NCBI RefSeq assembly: GCF_009914755.1
Contig: NC_060932.1
Direction: 5' to 3' (one strand)
Source: the human T2T-CHM13v2.0 reference genome, Homo sapiens
DNA length: 64,000 nucleotides
The translations under genes were made by a program, and so were the position numbers. The notes under the pieces were generated by a model. It was not told the DNA's origin. It ran no database searches and saw only the letters and a program-made list of their open reading frames with translations. Of this stretch, positions 43,041 through 58,060 are shown piece after piece; the stretch's first letter is position 1, and every line of letters starts with the position of its first letter.

Positions 43041-45817
43041 GTGAGCCACCGCGCCCAGTCTGATTCAGTATTTTCTAAATTGTGCTCCTATGATTTCCAT
43101 GCCAAAGAGTTAATGTTTACAAACAGCAAAATCGTCAGTGGGTAGGTTTTGTGCCCATACCGAATTTCCATCAGAGTAATTATTTTTAAAAATATTTTTC
43201 CTTTATTGAGTTATCATAAAATTCTGCATTTGAAGAAAATGTGGTGCAGTTAAAAAATGGTTGAACACCACTGACTTAATCCAAGAAGAACATAAGGCAT
43301 TTAAGGAAAGATGCATTTGAATCTATTTATTTCTGTACGTTGGGAAAATAATTCTAAATGTAAGTGCAAATCAGAATGAACTGATTTCTATTTCCTCCCA
43401 AGTAATTTCAGACTTTTTAAAAAAGTGTATTTCTCAACTCTAGAATTTTTGTGCCCCTTTTGTGGGTATAAAACTTGCTGCAAATCTATCTTACGGACAT
43501 AATTTAAAATACAGAATAGAACATTACTTAGAAGCAAACTGCCATGTTTATCATAAAGAAAAATTGAAATAATCTAAATATTCAACAGCGGATACATCAT
43601 TAAATAAGCTATGATACATTCAAACCATAGGGTCATCAAATGTGTTTACCAAGCATTTATAATATTCCTTCAGTGAATTTCTAAGTCATGATGTTAAATT
43701 TAAAAACGCAGGTTATACAGTTGGATGTGTAATTCCAACTCAATTTTTACAATTGCATGGGGAAATATCCAGGAAAGAAATAAGAAATACACCCACATAT
43801 GTAATATAATAGCTTGTAATACTAGGAGATATTATTGAGGAAGGAAGGGCCACAAAGAGTTGGTGGTCAGGATGTAGCTACCTCCACAGGCGCTCACTCC
43901 TCCAGGAGCCAGAATGAAAGGAACCCAGAGACATGGACCATTCCTGCTCCATCCCCCTCCCTCCTGTTCTCAGAGAGTCAACCCCACTTACTTCATGCCT
44001 GAGGCCATTAAGAGGGTACTCTCGTACATCCTTTGTCTTCCTTTACAACAGTCCCTGCAAAAAGCCCTGGTCTCCTCTGTCGCCCTTTATCCCTCCAACT
44101 CTCATCCTCTAAAAGATCTACACATCTTATTTTCTGACCCCCTAATCTTAATTCTTCCTATGCTCCTGAATGTCTCCTACTACTTCCTCGAAAACTGAAA
44201 GTCAATTATAAACAGAATTCCCTACATTCCAACTACTTCTGACATATTTTCCTTCCCTTCTTCCTCTGATGGAAACCTGAATGTCTTCTCTGAAGTCATC
44301 TCAGTAGCCAATGTTTTACATCTGTAGTCCACGTACACTGGTCCTGCTGGCAGACTGTGCCCACCCACATGCATCTCATGGCTACTTCTAGGTGACTCAT
44401 GGTCTTCCCTCCCTCATGTGCCCAGCTTTGAGTCTCTTGCCATAATAATCTGGCACCCTCTGCCTTGTAGTCATCTACAAACCCCTACTTGAAATCCACT
44501 ATTCCAAGAAGATTTAAACTTCGGGCCCACTGTCAGCCCCTTCACCTCTACCTCTGCCCAAATTCTCGGTCATTTCAATGTCAACACAGGTAATCCTGGG
44601 AAAAACATAACCTCTTTGATTAATTCTCCCCTCTCTTCCAACAGCCCAACTCTACCTCAGCCATGCCATCACCATTCCCATCATCACCCTCTATCTTCTC
44701 ACTACCAGTAAGGCATCAGTTTCTACAGCTGCAGTCTGACTACATTCTCAGAGCCCAACTCTCCATACCAGGTCACTTACCCAAACACCTAAACTCATAA
44801 TTTTTTGACTCATGGGACCTAGAGTTCCCTGACTCTGCCTCCCCTTCACTTTCTTTTCCTTGTCCCTATCATGTCCTCATCTCTTGTCTTACCATCCTTA
44901 GGGCTCATGGCCTAATGCACTTCCTTGCATTTACCATAACTCTGCCGTCATCACAGTAAAACACCTTTGGTTCCAGTCTAGGCCAAGTCCACTTTTATAT
45001 CCTTGCAGGTAAAACAGCTGGAGGAATTCCAAAACCAAAAACATACTGAAAGGTCTAACTTTACATATATGGCCATAATCCTACATTGGCCCATAATGAT
45101 GCCCAGCAATCCCGCTTCACTTTCTGTATCTGTTCACTGCTCCCTGTCTGGGGGATGACTGTTTCATGCCTTCTTCCTTCTAAAGCTGCCAGCATCTCTT
45201 GCCAAATCCTCACTGCCACCTGATGACTTTGGTTTCCATTTCACAAAGAAAATAGAAGCAATGAAAGATAAATTATGTAATCTATAACCTTCAATTTTGA
45301 TGCCTACTTATAAAATATCTTTCCTGCAAATATTTCTACCTAGTGGGTACACCTGTTTGTGTTCTACCTTTCCTCTCTGATCAAGTTTTTAAGCCACGAC
45401 TTTACCAGTTTTCTTCTCTTTCAAAACGACTATTTGTGTTTTTAGTGGAGAATTGCTCTCTGCATATAACCATGCTCCAATTGCCCCCATTCAAAAACAA
45501 TGTTATAGACTTTTCTTTTGATTCCATGTCTGCTTCCAGACTCCACATTCCCCTCTAGCCTTACTTTCTGAAATTCCTTTCACTGCAACACGTCTCAAAG
45601 ATGTCCACATTTGCGGTCTTTAACCTTGTTACATCCTCTCTTGAACCCACTTGAGTCAGAGTTTCACCCTCCTGGGTTTCCTGCAGAAGGCCCACATGTC
45701 AGCCACAGCCAGAAATCCAAGAGTCAGTTCCTAGGATTCATCTCACTCAAGATCTCAGTGACATCTAACATTCATCCATTTCCTCATCCTTGAATTCTTT
45801 TCATTCCTACACTTCCT

Positions 45818-45975
45818 AAATTTTTAAACTACGAAATAATTAGATAGTCACAAGAACTTGCAAAATAGTACGGAGTTATCAGCATACTTTTTTCTCATTT
45901 TCTCCCAGTGGTTACATCTTATACAAGTGTAGTATAATATTAAAACCAAATAAAAATTACACTGGAATAATATGT
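45818..45975 (-). mobile_element. Old L1M 3' end fragment
   Basis: gaaataattagatagtcacaagaacttgcaaaatagtacggag...tctcccagtggttacatctta. Confidence 0.65.
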
Positions 45976-45978
45976 GCA

Positions 45979-46346
45979 CAGTCATCTTTGGTATCCATTG
46001 GGAATTGGTTCCAGGATCCACAATGCTCAAGTCCCTTATATAAAATGGAATTTTATTTGCATATAACTTATACACATCTTCCCATATACTTTAAATCATC
46101 TCTCCATTATTTATAATACCAAATATAAATGTCACAGAAATGGCTGTTATACTGTATTGTTTAGGTAATAATGACAAGGAAAAAAAAAGTCAGTACATGG
46201 TCGGTACAGATGCAGCCATCATATGCCTAGCTATATTGTAGACATAGCCACAATGAAACATTTTCTAGATTTAAAATATATATATATTTTTCATCCACAT
46301 TTCATTGAAACTGGATGCAGAACCCACCAGTAAAGAGGGCTGACTG
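45979..46346 (+). mobile_element. MER2-type TcMar-Tigger element
   Basis: cagtcatctttggtatcc...ttggttccagga...atgctcaagtcccttatataaaatgg...gagggctgactg|ta, with inverted ends. Confidence 0.85.
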
Positions 46347-46579
46347 TATATGATTCTATGCCGTTTTACTCACTCCTCTCTTTAGATACTACTCTTCAGG
46401 CTTTCTCTAATCTTATTGGCCAGTTCTTCTGAGCCATCATGCCAGTTTCATTTCATCTTCCAATCCTTGGTAGGGTGTCCAAGATTCAGTCTCTTCACCT
46501 CTTCTCTTCCTAAATACATTCATTCATTGCCTTGTTGATCTCATCCAGTTTGCGTCGCGTGGATTTATTTTTATGTTTT

Positions 46580-46760
46580 ATTCTTAACTTTTATTTTTGT
46601 TTCAGGGGTACACATGCAGGTTTGTTACTTGCATAAATCTTGTGTTTCGAGGTGTGGTGTATGCATGATCCCTACACCCAGGTAGTGATCACAGCACCTG
46701 GTAGGTAGTTATTCAACCGTCACCACCTCCTTCCTCCCCTCAGTAGGCCTCAGTGACTAT
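46580..46760 (-). mobile_element. Old L1PA (PA15/16-like) 3' end fragment
   Basis: ttcaggggtacacatgcaggtttgttac...cacccaggtagtga...taggtagtt.ttcaacc. Confidence 0.75.
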
Positions 46761-47567
46761 GTCATCTGTATGTCGACAGTTTTCAGAGTGTCCATCAGTT
46801 CCATGAATGTCTCCTGAATTCCAGCTTTATGTATCCAACTCCCTATTTCAACTCCATACAATGTCTAAATAGCAATCCAGACTAACTAGCCCTAAAATGG
46901 TTCTTTTGCTCTTTCCATTTTCAAATCTGCAATCTCACAGTCTTCTCCATCTCAATAAACGGTAACTCCATTCTTCCAGTGTTGCACGAGAAGACGCAGG
47001 GTGCCATCCATGACTCTTCTATGTCTCTCATGTGTCACAACCACTGTGTAGGGAAATTCCATCAGCACCTTCTTTAAACAGCATTCTGAGTCCAAATGTG
47101 TCTGGCCATCTCCTCTGCTCCTGTCATCTCTCAAGTAACAACACCTCTCATTTTCATTTTGCAATGATTTTCTAATAGGTTTTTTATTTTTTCCCTTCTC
47201 AGCTTATGTTCTTTTCTCATAAGTAGCCAGAGTAATCCTCTCAAATACTGTGTCACACGATGTCGTTTTTCTTCTCGTATCCCCCCATTGTGCTCCCACA
47301 CTGCTCAGTATAGAGGTTAAAGTCCAAAGGCTGATCTACAGGGCCCACTCCTATCCTCTGGGATCCTCCGGGACCTTTCCCCTCTCCTATCCTCTGACTG
47401 TCTCTCCTACAACCCTCCAATTATCCCATCTGCTCAGGCCACACTGCCGTTGCTCTATTCTTCGTTCACTCACCGTACGCTGTTGTCTCAAGGCCAAACA
47501 CCTGGTTGATCCCTCTGTCAGAACCACATTTCTGATATTCTCGCAGGGCTCACTCTGTCCCGTTCAT

Positions 47568-47682
47568 TAGAGGTCCAAATATTCCGGTTTTCTACTATCA
47601 GGGGGGTTTCCAGGATATGGGATCTTAGGTGATAAGACCAGGAGAGTCCTGTCCAGGCAGTGACCAGGCAGATGGTCACCAT
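47568..47682. mobile_element. MER81-like hAT-Blackjack MITE
   Basis: ~115 bp with ggggtttccaggatatggga...ccaggagagtcctg...tggtcaccata. Confidence 0.6.
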
Positions 47683-47870
47683 AGCTCTTAATTACATGTC
47701 AGCTTCTCAATGAGAACACTTACAAACACTTATTTCAACAGGACAGCAAAGTTTATCTGTTGCTTCTCATTTGCTTATTTATGTTATCTATCTCCACCCA
47801 TTAAAATGATATTTCTGCAAAGATTGGAATTCTTTCTTGTTTTGTTCATATTGTAGCCCCAGCAGCTACA

Positions 47871-48090
47871 ACAAATGTTGGCGAACTATAGCTTGTGGGT
47901 TACATTCAGTCCAGTATCTGGTTTTATACATTAGGCTTTACTGAAACACAGCCAGTCTATCTGTTTAGGTGGTGTCTATGGGGTCTTTTGCTCTACAGTG
48001 ACAGACAAGGGTAGCTAAAACAGAGATCATATGACATGAAAACAAAATATTTGCTATCTGGCCTTTGACAAAAAATGTTTACTAGCCCTG
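47871..48090. mobile_element. MER58A-like hAT-Charlie
   Basis: ttggcgaactatagc...tactgaaacacagcca...aaaatatttgctatctggcctttgacaaaaaatgtttactagccctg. Confidence 0.78.
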
Positions 48091-51025
48091 ATTGATAAGT
48101 GTATGTAATACTTTGCAGGTCCTCAATAAACGTTCCTTGGAAGAAAGAATTAACACACGTAAATACTGAAAGGACATACGGAGAAATATTGATGTGTATT
48201 GGAAATCAAAGGCAATAAAAACAACTTTTGAGCATCATTTCAATGCCCTCAAACTCAGCAAATTAAAAAGAAATGCAAGTATCAAAAGTTATATTAATTG
48301 TGGTGAACTGTCATAACATTAGAAATGCATTCATTAAGTTTGCAAAGCATAAACAACATTCCTAGAAATCTTTCCTTAGGAAAAAAATCTAACAGAAGCA
48401 ACAAACACAGTGCTATATGTACAGAGACACTAATTATGGCATTGCGTGTCGAAGTGAACATGGGAAACATTCATCACATTCAATTATAGAGAGAAAATAA
48501 TCTGTAAAATATTGAGAATCAAATTATGTCAATGCACATAGAAGTGTGTATGATTTAACACTCATCTTCTCCAGGAGAATATAAATGTTCTCTGTTCTGT
48601 GACTTCAGCCTCTAAGAAGCTTTTTAGACATTGAGTTGGCTTCTTTTGATGTCTGTTCCCCCTTACTCTTCAAGGACTACTATGCGATCCTAATAGCCGT
48701 TATTGGTATTAAGCACCTGGATCATCTCATCTAATCTTTATCACTCCTGTGAGATTAAAAGTAATATTAGCCCAACTTAACAAATTCAGAGCCTGGGTCT
48801 TAGCAAGAAAAGAGCTCGTCTGAGCTGTGCCAACTTGTGATGAGGCTGGAGCTAGAATGACAAAGTCCTTGCTGGTAAACACTTCGCATGACTGCCCATC
48901 ACAAAGAAGGGCATTTACCTGGGCATGGATTCATTCTGGCACTAGACACATTCATCTTTACAGCTCTATAACCTAACATGGTATCTGCATGGAATAAAAT
49001 AATTTTAGAAATACTACAAAGTAACCCACAAAGCTGAAAATAATGGGCAGAGCCACTTCTGATTATTTTTTAAGCCTGTTACAAGATTGTATGGGATGAG
49101 ATAACGTGAATGACGTGCTTGGCAGAAAATGTAGCACAGCAAAGATGCAAACCACGTAGACCAGGTTTACTAGAATCTAAGACTGATTTTTTTGAACAGT
49201 TTTAATTTTGATACGATTTACACTGGAATTGTTTATTGCAAAGTATGCAAGAAAGGTGCTTAAAACCAAATTGTCTAAAACTACTCAAAAAATTGAAAGC
49301 TAGGTTTCTTATATAAAAACTGTCCCATTCAGTCTTACTTTGTATTTCTTGTCCTGACGTGACAGATCATTTAAGATTCATTTTACAATGTTACCGCTGA
49401 AACATAATTGATAAAAACACAGCTGTGTTTTAAATATCGCAGAATTTATAGGCACCCATAAAAAGCATGACTTCTCTTCCTTCTCCCCTCTGGCTATGTC
49501 GTTCCTAGTTTTCCTGCCTTTTCATCTCTAGTAGCAGAATGCCTATGATTAAAAAACCTCGACTGACAGTTCATATAGAATTGGCAAGTGACATATTGCC
49601 ATTTCCAGTCACATTACGTAAGGCTTAACAATTAAAGAAAACCACAGCTTCAGATAGGTCTAAAAGCAACAATGGGCCTACACTATTTAGCATGTTTTAT
49701 TAAAGGTATCAGTGCTACTGCTATGTTATTTAGTGGCATCTTGGCCCAATGACTATCATTCAGTCTCCAAGAAATACAACAGTCTCAAAATAGATAAAAA
49801 TCAGTTTGAATCTTAAAAAAAAAAAAAAAAAAAAAAAACTCAAGACAGCTGCTACATCCCATTTTATCTAAAACTGTTGAAAAATACTGACAATGTGTTT
49901 TGACATGTTTAGGTGAATACTTATCTTAAATGTATGTGTTCAGACAAAAACAAGGGTGAAACTTCATTCACTAAGCAAGCGGCGTAACTTCCCAATAATG
50001 GTTCGTATGCTGCCGTTTTCTATGGTTTACATCTCATGCTTCCAAGCAAAACAGAAACAAACAAATGGCAACAAACAACAAAATGTCTCTTCAACTGCCC
50101 CCAAGAAGGTTGCCGTTGGAGGGAAATGTAGAAAAGCACCAAGTCAGAGCTGGCCTTATCAGCCACTGTCTTTCAGCCTTGGACATGACATCTAAGCTCT
50201 CAGAGAATGTGATTCCATATCTGGAAAATCTACCCATTAATATTTACCAGGAAATTTTGGGATGGGATCATATAAAAGTTCATATAAAACATTTTAGATA
50301 GGATTGCATAAAAGTATTGAACGTTCATAACGTAACACTTGCCAGAGAGGTTTAGTCTAAGTAAAATATTTAGTCATGTGATCTCTCCATTCCCTCTGCT
50401 TTCCTGCTTGAGTAATTCATAGGTACCTAAAAAGATTCCAGTAGATGGAAATAGAAAATAAATGGGGAATAATTAACTACTGACCAACTGACTCTCAGAC
50501 ATTTTGCAATCTCCTCTTGCCTGAATTGGCTTCCCGAGATGATCGAGCCAGTGGCAGAGAAGATGCATGACCCTGCAGCTGCACTGAGCCTGTCTCTTAG
50601 ACGTCTCCAGGTCTCAGGCCTCTGCCCAAGAATGCAAGCTTCCTGGAGGACAAGGAGGTCCAAGGTTTTAGTGAAGGATCTGGGGCTATGAGAAGGAAAG
50701 AGGAGAAAAGATGAAGATTCACTTAGTCCTCAATCCTAAAAAGCCTTTCCCCAGATGAGGAAAATTATTTGGGTGAAGAGATGACTCTTTGCTTTGTCTT
50801 CTACAGGTTTGTCTTACTCTGTAAAGCAAGAGCTTCAGCAAAATAGATTTAGCCTTTAAGTAACATGTTAGGAAGACCCTATAGCCAAACCACCCTCTTG
50901 GGTTAAGGGCTCTGTTGACCTAAGTTTATGTGTATAGTTGGGTTTTTTTGGTCGTTGTTTTATTTGACATCCATGAGGTTGTTGGAAGTCATGTCTATCA
51001 AAGACCAAGAACAGCAATTTTAGTT

Positions 51026-52459
<1,434 letters not shown>

Positions 52460-52909
52460 ATTTTTATCAAGGCCTGGCTTAAATGTGTATTCATTTTCAT
52501 CCACAAATAATGCCGAGGAGCTGCCATCATCTTTCTCTCTTGGCAACTTCCTGCCTCGATTCCTGTTCTCTCCCAGTTTGCAATCTCTGAGTAGCTGCAG
52601 GTCTGTCAACACAGCTGTACCTACTTTGCACAAGGAGCAGGTGGAGGAAGGGGAGGCAGCCAAAGCCCAGCAGCTTCCCTCTCTCTGGGACCAGCCAGTT
52701 ACCTGCTTTGATGAGAAAAGCAGAGCCTCTCCAGGCAACCAGCACCCCCTGCCCCACTCAGACTATTCAGGATTCAAGCACATGTTTCTCAAGGAGAAAA
52801 CACTTGTTTAATTCAAGTTGTAATATTTGTTTCTCAATTTTAAGTTAGGTTCTTTTAGAAATATTTATTTTTCTCTTGAGTTAGAAGAGAACGGACAGCA
52901 TGTGACAAG

Positions 52910-53130
52910 GGCCGTGGCACAGACTCTGTAGCCAAAGTGTCCAGGGTCAGATTCTGCCTTCCCCACATACAGCGTGGGACCTTGGTGAAGTCACTGAATT
53001 CCTCTGTGATGGAGTCTCATCTAAACCAGAGGGATGATGATAATATATAACTTCTAGACTTGTCATGAAAGTTAATAACAAGAACATACGTAAGGCATGT
53101 AAACATTGTCTGACATTTTGTGATTGCTTT
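52910..53130 (+). mobile_element. MIR
   Basis: agactctgtagcca...gggaccttggtgaagtcactgaattcctctgtg...agtctcatct. Confidence 0.65.
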
Positions 53131-53286
53131 GTGTTTAACTCTGATTACCACACTTTCTTAAAATCTACAATTACAGTGACTAAGATGAAATCTTTATCGC
53201 TTTGAGACAGATGCTACTCCATTTGCTAGAAATTGTCTATATCTGGACTACTGCTAGATACATATTTTTGTACTAGGCCATGGTAT

Positions 53287-53841
53287 CGTAAGACTTAAAG
53301 AAAAAGGAAAGAAACACAAAAAGCAGCTCAACAGTCCAAGACAGGTTTATTATGGACAATAAACCTGAGAGAGGCTCCTGGCTGAGTTAGGTCAGAGGCA
53401 CTCTCTCTTACAGACTAAGAGTTTTTAAAGATTCAGGGCGAGAGAGCTTATCACAGGCTTGGAATGTTTCTGTGTCTCTCTCTTGCTTATCTGGGAGGGA
53501 GAGTTTTGTGTCTGTTCCCATACATCTCCGTGAAGCTGCAAGCATACTACCAAGTCTGCTTTTAGCTTCCCTATCTTCATGTACCTAAAAGGAAGGGAAT
53601 GTGCTTATTAGGGCCCACTGTTTTACTGGGGCCCATTGCATGAATGTGAAGTTTGGTGGTTACCCAAGAGACATTCCCCATTCCCTCTGTGCCTGAGCTG
53701 TCGTATCTGTGTTTTACGGTCTGCTCTTGCTGGCTGCTTGTTGTCAGAAGACAAGTGATTTCCTTGAAATGCATGAGGTTAGAAAGGGAGCTGGAACTTA
53801 AAGTGGCAGTTGTCTGAGATAATGCTGCTCCTGCTTTGTCA
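53287..53841 (-). mobile_element. ERV1 solo LTR, MER31-like
   Basis: Reverse complement starts tgacaaagcaggagcagcattatct; contains gggcccactgttttactggggccc and aagtctgcttttagcttccctatc. Confidence 0.75.
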
Positions 53842-54219
53842 GTTATTTACATGCACGTGGGTATGAATGTGCCTGTTGTAGAAGTAGTTTTCCCAATATT
53901 TCTGTCCAAGTGGTGGTGTGTAAAATAAAGTGACCCACTGCCACACAGGCCTTTCTTTCACTAGGCACTCTTGTCCTTTTTCCTGAGCCCCAAACCATTT
54001 CTCTCCTCAAGTCAGTCTGCTAGTTTCTTATTCTAAAGAATAGCACTAATTCATTAAAAAAAAAAAAAAAACCCTTTTTTTTAAGAGCTACCAATATTGA
54101 GATCCTGTAGCTTACATGAATTTCTTTTCAAACTGTTTGCCATTCCGCTCTGGGCACTTAGTTCTGAAATCTAAAATCGTGCTTAAGAGTGGAAGGGAGA
54201 GGAGATAGAGACAGTAATT

Positions 54220-54420
54220 ATAGCAGCTGATATTTTTAGAGTTTCTCTATGTGTCAGGCTCTTTGCTAACCATTTTACCTGGGTTATGCCATTTAATCTT
54301 TACAACAGATTTCTCAAGTAGGCACTTTTATACACATAAAAATCTTGAGGCCAGACAGATTAAATAAATTGACCAAAGACACACAGTGTCCAATTGACAG
54401 CACTGGGATTTGCCCCAGGT
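54220..54420 (-). mobile_element. MIR
   Basis: ctatgtgtcaggc...tgctaa...catttaatctttacaac...ttgaggccagacagattaaataaattgaccaa. Confidence 0.7.
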
Positions 54421-55259
54421 GACCAGTGCAGAGCTGCTGAACAAGCTGTTTCACCACGACAAGCACTTTAATCCCCTTCTTTCTGTGCTCAAGACTGCAA
54501 GATGTTGTATTTCATTTAATCCTTAAACTGACACTGAGCATGACATCTGTTCAAAATATTGACTTTTTCTAGGCTCTATTGATATTATAGGATAGGGCTT
54601 GGTTATGTGACCCCTAGGGTCAGGCTGCCTGGGTCCAGATCTCACCTCTACTGCTTTCTGGATGGGTGAACATCTCAGATAAGAAGAATACATAACCAAG
54701 ATGGAGAAGTCTGAGAAAGGCCTCCAATTCTCTTATGGTAAGAGATCAAAACTGCTAGGTCCCTAGAATCACTCTACTTTATTTTTTCTTACTTATTCCA
54801 GGACAGATAACAAAGCTGTTTTCATTTTACTCCCTCAGCGAATCCGCGTGTTCCTCAAAGTCTTCTGTAATCTTCATTCATTAGACCCAACGTCATTACT
54901 TCCAACCTTGAGATAAGGTCTGAAATGAGATTTCTTTTGAGAAAACTTTTTAGATTAATCAAGAGTTAGCTCACTCTTATCTTTTGCCTAAACTAATTTT
55001 AAAAGGGACCCTATTTTTGGTCCTACTCAGCTCAAATATGCTTCAGCAATTGCTGAAACTTAAAGGGAAGAATTTCCAACACATTGTGACGTGGACTTTG
55101 ATATCTCAGACCCATTGCCTTATCAGTCTTTATGATTAAACTGCATCTATTTATTAAACCCTACAACGTAAGTGAGAATAAAACCCAGTGACAGCATCAG
55201 AGCTCTACAAGCATTAGCAATAATGAGGATAGAGGATACAACAAGTTTAAAGTTGAGGC

Positions 55260-55580
55260 TCAATACAGTAGCCTGAAGTGTATGCAGCTCATGAGCACGT
55301 GAAATGTGGCTAGTCAGCATTGCAAAATGGCATAACTGAAATACACATCAGATTTTGAAACTAGCATCTTTTGAAAATCAAAATACTTCACTTACAGTTT
55401 ACATTAATTCTGCATTAAAACTATAATCCTTTGGAAGTATGAGGTTGACAAAATCCATTATTAAAGTTTATTTCACTTGTTTCATGTCACATTTTCCATG
55501 TCGCATCTGGGGATTTTTAACTTCATCTGTGGCTCACATTATGGATTGTGTTATATGTTGAGTGGACAGCACTGCTCTAA
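55260..55580. mobile_element. MER33-like hAT-Charlie
   Basis: tgagcacgtgaaatgtggctagtc...aaatacacatcagattttgaa...gtggctcacatta...tggacagcactgctcta. Confidence 0.7.
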
Positions 55581-56226
55581 TTACTAAGGACCTGGCTTTT
55601 GTTGGTTAAGCGTGTGGCAGTTGAATCCGCTACATCCCCAGCATCGTCCTCAGTAGAGTGTGGATGCTCCAGCAAGGATCAGCTCCTTCTGAGCAGGTGC
55701 ACCTGGGATCATCCTCATGCTAAGTCTTATCCTGATGCCCTCAAATGACTTACCACATGTAGCTGCTCTTTTTAAACTCTCTCTCCCCATCCCTTTTCTC
55801 TTTTGGCGCATACCTGCGAAACTTGTTCGGAGTGACTATTTTTTTCTCTATGTATTGTTGCAATATCCCTTTACCTATCCCCGTCCCCTCCCCAATAATC
55901 TTTATCTTGAGTGACAAATGAAGAAGCCATTTAGTGATAAAACTAAATTAAAGAAACTAAAGACCCGGGGCTCTAGTTGGCTCAGAGATAACAATGAAAT
56001 AGTGCCATCCCCCTCTCTAGCTTGTAAGGAAAACAAACTACCCCAGATCATCAACAAAGCTGACTAGCTCTTTTGATCTTTATTTTTTTCAACTAGCTTC
56101 AGTCAAGTGCTGCCTAGGAAAGGATAGTTAGGTCTGTCTAATTCTGGAGTCCAACACTGGGAAGTCCAGGTGCCTATATTTTTCATTCTTTAATATACAG
56201 ATGAATACATATGGGAGCATGTATCC

Positions 56227-56345
56227 ACACACACACATATATATATATGAATGGATATAGAATATATATATATATACATAAATATGTATATATTTGTATA
56301 TATATTAATATATATGTATATTTATGTATATATATATATATATAA
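56227..56345. repeat. (CA)/(TA)-rich low-complexity tract
   Basis: Read directly from the sequence. Confidence 0.9.
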
Positions 56346-57129
56346 CAATAGCATTGTTACTGGTAATAAAGGTGCTGACTATTTTGGTCTATGCCTCACT
56401 ATTCATTTGCTTATCTCTTATTTATTTCAGATTTCAGACAAGGAAGAGAAGTATTATTTAGTGAACACCCCTCCAATTCAGCAGAAGTGAATAGCATACT
56501 TAAACTCATGAAGCAACACTGTAAAAATTATGGGAGGACGTATTTTCTATGTACAGTTTGTACTTAGCCAATACATCCATCGGCGTGGATGCAGATAAGG
56601 ACATTTGCAGCCTTGCTCAGGTTTAAAGACTTCCCTCCGAAGCAACATTTGGTAGAAAGCATTTGAGGTGAAACTGAGGCACAAGAAGGTGTCATGAAAC
56701 AGGGTGTGCATTGAGGGCACGAGTAAAGAGAAGCCTCCAAGTTACTGCTTTGCGACAGTCCTAGAAACCATTCTGGAACCCTCTGGGTGAGCGCTCAGGG
56801 AGAGAAACGTGGTAGATTTGGGGGAAATGAAGGCAAGTGGGATATTGAAAAGCTGTGGTGAAGTGACAACTCACTGGATGAACAGACAACTAGAAACTTT
56901 GGGAATCAGAGAAAACAATTGTATTCCACATATTAAGCAATCGTGTAAGTTAGAGAAACAATTCAGTGGTCTTCAGAAAGAAGAAGAGAGTTCATTCGGA
57001 GCAAGAATTCACATAGTTAAGAAGCAGAAAATACATGGATTATTGTGATGAAAGCAAGTGTGCAACTAAGTAATGAGAGAAAAATAAGGATAATTCAAAA
57101 TTTGAGGGCAAATAAATAGCAGTATGGCA

Positions 57130-57500
57130 AAGATGGGACAGTCTTTTACCAAATCCGTGTTTTTCTTCTTCCTGAGCTCACAGATGCTTCCATTTCCTGG
57201 CTCTCTTTGCAGTGAAATATGGCCTCATGGTTGAGCTTCAGCTAATGCAGTGGATGTACAGGAGATGCACTCTAATGTGTGGAGGAACTGCCCATCACAA
57301 CTCAAGTTCTTCCTTTTCAGCCAGTGCAATGTTGCAGGCTACAGACCTTCAGGGAAGCCAGATGTGAAAGGTGGCCATCTCCAAATCACCGCTGCGCATA
57401 AAAACATCTGAACCAACTACCCATCATTGAGACTCATTTTGAATTTAACTTGAGCAAAGAATATTTCTGTTTGAGCCCATTAATACTGTATTAATGAAAC
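57130..57500. mobile_element. Old MLT1 (I/J-like) LTR remnant
   Basis: ccatttcctggctctctttgcagtga...ggcctcatggttgagcttc.gctaatg resembles MLT1J-type sequence; heavily diverged. Confidence 0.5.
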
Positions 57501-57650
57501 AAGCAGAACAACAATGCCCTGGTCCAAATGTGAAACAAAAGTAATTCCAACTTCATTATGAATAATTGAGGCAAAGCCAGCACTCATCTAGACTCTGGGT
57601 TGAGTAGCATTAGGGATTGCAATGTTGGAATCACAGAAGAGGAAGTCTAA

Positions 57651-58060
<410 letters not shown>

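Larger units (their letters stand above)
44190..48150 (+). mobile_element. Long degraded L2 with several nested insertions
   Basis: Pyrimidine-rich strand with L2-like blocks (ttcacaaagaaaatagaagcaat; ttgatctcatccagt; tatccaactccctatt...aatgtctaaatagc; cctcaataaacgtt...gaaagaat end). Boundaries approximate. Confidence 0.65.
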
